This document shows, in pieces, positions 59,984-64,000 of a stretch of 64,000 bases of DNA. The DNA lies in assembly GCA_964016885.1 (NCBI GenBank), contig OZ024750.1, forward strand, positions 51,894,001 to 51,958,000, written 5' to 3'. The position numbers and the translations under genes were made by a program. The first letter of the stretch is position 1. Every line of letters starts with the position of its first letter. Below the pieces are notes generated by a model that was given only the letters and a program-made list of their open reading frames with translations, was not told the origin of the DNA and did no database searches. The stretch is from Eledone cirrhosa. Its lineage: Eukaryota.

Positions 59984-62900
59984 GAGTCAACGTGATCGGT
60001 CGCATATTTTGGCGAGGGGGACTATTTATTAAATTTAAGATGAATACTATCTCCGACAGTAATGCCACAACTACAGTCATGTTGAATAACTGGTTATTCT
60101 TCTAACTATATCTTCTGAAGACACCTTTTATTCGAATTCGCAGAGATATCCGACTAAATACATAATTCATTTTACAAGGATTTGCTACAAACAGCATGGC
60201 TGAACACAACATCAACAACAAAATTAAGGAAGTACCGAAGACAAATAACAAGGAAGGTAAACAAACTTTATTCAGTTGTAGCTACAGAAGAAACCGAAAT
60301 TATAAATCGCATTTCTCTTGGAGATGCGAACTTAATAATGATTTATTTAATTGTTATAAAATGGCAAAACACAATCCCTCCATTGGCTATATGAACAGAA
60401 TGAAGCTACACTGGGACGAAATGCACCCAGAGCTAAATTATTTCACAGCGAAACAATTACGCCAACAAGCGCCGTTTGTTGAACGTAAAAATAAGATAAA
60501 TATTATGATTGTAAATCCCCCACAACAAACATGGAATCAACAACACGTTGTACAGGTCGCCATGCTAGACATCTTAGCAGCCAGGTCGAACAGTGCATTG
60601 AAACAACTATGTCTGTAAGAAACTTGACACCACCTGTTCCATCTAAGTCTACCTCGAATGCTGGGGAAAACACTATCAATAATAATAATAATCGAAGAAA
60701 TTTTACACCACGTGTACCATCCGAGTCTACCTCGACTAATGTGGAAAATACTATCGATAATGATAATAATCAAAAGTATAAACAATTGAAAATTTCCCCA
60801 TCGAAATCTTCCAGAGAGAAATTAACTCATATATAAATATCTCTATTGCTGAACGTATTAAAACGACAATGTTGAATAAAAAACCAAATAATGAAATATT
60901 ACGTGTTATTGATGAAATAGGGAATGAATATTTACGACGGATAAAATCCCCAACATTTTGACAAATCAACGCCTGTTTATATGCCTTAGCAACGACAGTG
61001 AAGCATTATCTTGGTGATAGCAGATATATTAACAAGAACAGAACACCACCAAATATGCCATCATATATAACTAAAATAGAAAAAAAGATTGCTGACCTAC
61101 GAAAAAACATAGGACATGTGACATAGGACATGCAAACAAACACAAAAAAAACCTCACTCCTCACCAACAAAGAGTGAAAAATAAAATAGAGACGATGTTT
61201 GGTAACAGTAGAACCAGAACTCTCCAATATAAGCTGATCACCCTCAAACAAGAATTGAGAGCTGTTAGCTAAAAACGCCGATACCTGAAAAAGGTAGATG
61301 AGAGAAAAATGCTTAATAAAAGATTCAGACGAAACCAAACATCAGTCTAGAGATATGAAGGGCAAAATAATAAGTATCACTGAGGCCCCATCCCAGAAAG
61401 ACATAGATTCCTTTTGGAGAAAAATATGGGGTGAAAAGAAGAATTTCAACCAAGATGCCGTATGGCTAAGAGAAATTCGAAAGAACTATTGCTCCTACAC
61501 TACAACAAAAACATACGAAATAAGTGAGGGTACTCTTGAGACTATGATAGGAAAACTCCAAGATAAGAAAACACCAGGAAGAGACATGATTGTCGGCTAC
61601 TGGTACAAAAAGCTGATATTCTATAGGAGGTATCTTACCGACCTCTACCAACAAGTTTTTAAGGGAGATACTCTTATACCAGAATGGTTGACATTAGCAC
61701 AAACATTACTGGTCCCCAAGAACAAAGACACCCACTTGGCAAAAAGCTACCGACCCATTTCATGCCAGAACATGATGTATAAGATGTATACAGCCTTCCT
61801 GAACCTATTCCTCCAAGATCACTGTGTAAATAATAACATTATCAATTGGCAGTATCGGTAGAGGGTCGGACGCCATGCTTTGACGCATAGAGTTACGGCC
61901 CTTGCCATTCTGAGTTCAAATCCCGCCGAGGTTAACTTTGCCTTTCATCCTTACGGGGTCGATAAAATAAAGTACCAGTAATACACTGGGAAATTGCTGG
62001 CCTTGTGCCAAAAGTAGAAACAATTATCACAGATGAACAAGCAGCTGGAAAGAAAAGGGTTTTGGGGATGTGCTGAACAACTCCTAATCAACAAAACTGC
62101 GATGTCGGAGGTGCGGTAACTCAGGAAGAATATGGCTACAGTCTGGCTGGACTACAGGAAAGCTTTCGATTCTGTTCCCTACTCTTGAATGACAGAGGCC
62201 TTCCAACTTGCTAAAGTCCCAGACATTATTGTCAGAGCCATAGAGAAGCTGTCTTCTTCTTGGGCTACTATCCTAAAGACAGAGAGGGAGGACTCTATTT
62301 TCACTGATAAAATAAAATATTGCAGGGATATAATTCAGGGGGACAGTCTCTCTGTTATATTATTCATCTTGTCATTAAACCCCTTGTCCTTTCGGCTCAA
62401 GAAATGTGAGGGATACCTCATTGGCTCACAGGAGGACAGAAATACGAACCTAACCCATAATTTCTTTGTGGACGATCTGAAACTCTATGCCAAGAACATG
62501 GATGGGATGAAAAAAAATCTTGACCTGGTTACAACGTTCTCAAAGGATATAGGGATGGAGTTTGGCCAAGGTAAATGCTCATACATGACTGTGAAGCGGG
62601 AAAAAACAACAACCCAATCTAACAACATTGTCATCAATGGCATAACTGTTTCACTGATATCTGATGAGGACTGCTACAGATACTTGGGGATAGATGAGAA
62701 CATATCCTATAATGGTATATGTAATAAGGAACGCGCAACCATGGAATACTACACCCGATTAAGAAAGATTTGGTCATCGGAACTCTCTGCGCAAAACAAA
62801 ACAGTGGCTCACAATGTGTTTGCTGTGCCTGTCCTAACACCAATGTTTGGAATACTCAAATGGACGATAGACGAAATCCGAGCAGTTGATGTTGGAACTC

Positions 62901-63402
62901 GAAAAGTACTGAACAACACCGGAAACTTCCACATGAACAGTGACATAGACCGCCTTTATTTGAACGTAAGCAGGGAGGCAGAGGCTTATCATCAGTCCAG
63001 ACAGCATTTGAATGTCAATCATATCTCTCCGACAACATATACCAACCTCAAAGCGTAGGAGCCCGTCTCTCGAGCAAGTCTATCTGCATGAAACAGATAA
63101 GATCCTGAGAGTTGGGAAGGAACTCCTCGAGAGATATTCCCTGTGTGATAATCAAAAACTCACACCCAGGAAGTCGCTCAGCAGTTTTGCAATGAATCCA
63201 TGGTTGAAAAACTGCTTGTAATTTCCTAACTAGTTGTGTTCTTTCTGTTTCTGTGAAGCCCAGCTTCTCAAGATTTGTACTGAGGCAGTTACTAACACAT
63301 CGCAGTGCCCCAATAAACACAGGCATAAATTTGAAGGTAGAGTCAGGGTGGAGTATCTGCAGATTCCTCATTAGTTCAATATAAATGTTATCCTTTTCAC
63401 TG
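59984..63402 (+). mobile_element. R4/Dong family E copy E2, with a SINE insertion and an inverted 3' piece
   Basis: Colinear with 40039-43085; follows (CATA)n at 59892-59983; 63216-63402 is inverted. Confidence 0.9.
61845..62022 (+). mobile_element. SINE family 1 with 7-bp TSD ATTATCA
   Basis: A-box-like TGGCAGTATCGG and B box GAGTTCAAATCC; TSD copies at 61838-61844 and 62023-62029; the empty site is visible at 41888-41894. Confidence 0.93.
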
Positions 63403-63409
63403 AACTGAT

Positions 63410-63690
63410 GAGAATCTATAGCTACTCCACAAACTACGTCAGTTCTTCCAAGCCTGAGAATCAATTTCCAATAGCTTCAGGCTTTTTGACACATTCGAGG
63501 GAGGTGAGCAGAGTTGGAATTTCATGTACAGAAGTTTTTGAGGACTTCTGCCATTTTTCATTTCTTTCCAGAGTTGCTCATTGCAGGAACATATATTCAT
63601 TGATCCCCATTGTGTAGCTCTCCAGTGTAACTCTCCAATGTGAATTACCTGGTCGTGTTGTTTAGTAGTCTTCTGTGTTGGTGGAACATT
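63410..63690 (-). pseudogene. Possible decayed RTE ORF C-terminal fragment
   Basis: MKNGRSPQKLLY...LKLLEIDSQAWKN resembles the RTE C-terminus. Confidence 0.4.
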
Positions 63691-64000
63691 CAACTCATTG
63701 TAGTATCTCTGGTGAAATATTCTCTCGTGTTGATTAACTTAATATATACACGGGGAACAAACTTTACCACCTGTGATACCTGTGATAAAACATTCTCTCA
63801 GGAATTGAAACATTGAGGGTTGGAAGGGTTGTTTTGTATTTTTACTCTTCTGTAGAAATATCTAAAGTTTGCCAAGACCCCGGAGGCTCGTCAGGCTGGT
63901 GTTTGTCCCAGTTTCCATGGTATGAAGTAACTAGTAGAAAACTCCCCCTGGACAGGACACCAGTCCATCGCAGGGTTAAACTCTTCAGCTATTGCTGGTA

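Noticed and set aside
63875-64000. Possible further SINE-like repeat at the window edge
   Set aside because: Truncated by the window with no second copy here, so it cannot be supported.

Overview
Eukaryotic (animal) DNA made almost entirely of retrotransposons. I found no host gene. The SINE families resemble those I recall from octopod cephalopods, which is an inference. Contents: (i) at least three Tx1/L1-clade LINE families (ORF1 with a CCHC knuckle; ORF2 with APE, RT and Cys-rich domains), nearly all on the minus strand, including one apparently intact full-length copy (7301-13090); (ii) several R4/Dong-type RLE LINEs, all on the plus strand; (iii) RTE fragments and RTE-derived short elements; (iv) two tRNA-headed SINE families; (v) decayed Penelope-like elements and hammerhead-ribozyme motifs. 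The elements are chained through microsatellites: (GATA)n at 1-13 kb, (AAT)n at 16-38 kb and (CATA)n at 39-63 kb. Four observations stand out. First, a 44-52 nt GT..AG intron-like cassette is conserved at the ORF1/ORF2 junction of three divergent Tx1 families, and its removal fuses ORF1 to ORF2 in frame in two of them. Second, a SINE shares its 3' end and (ATT)n tail with a Tx1 family and inserts at C^ATTAT, with one site hit twice. Third, Tx1 and Dong families are associated with specific, different microsatellites. Fourth, a hammerhead is embedded in a competing long hairpin. Identities are estimated by eye and boundaries are accurate to a few bases at best.
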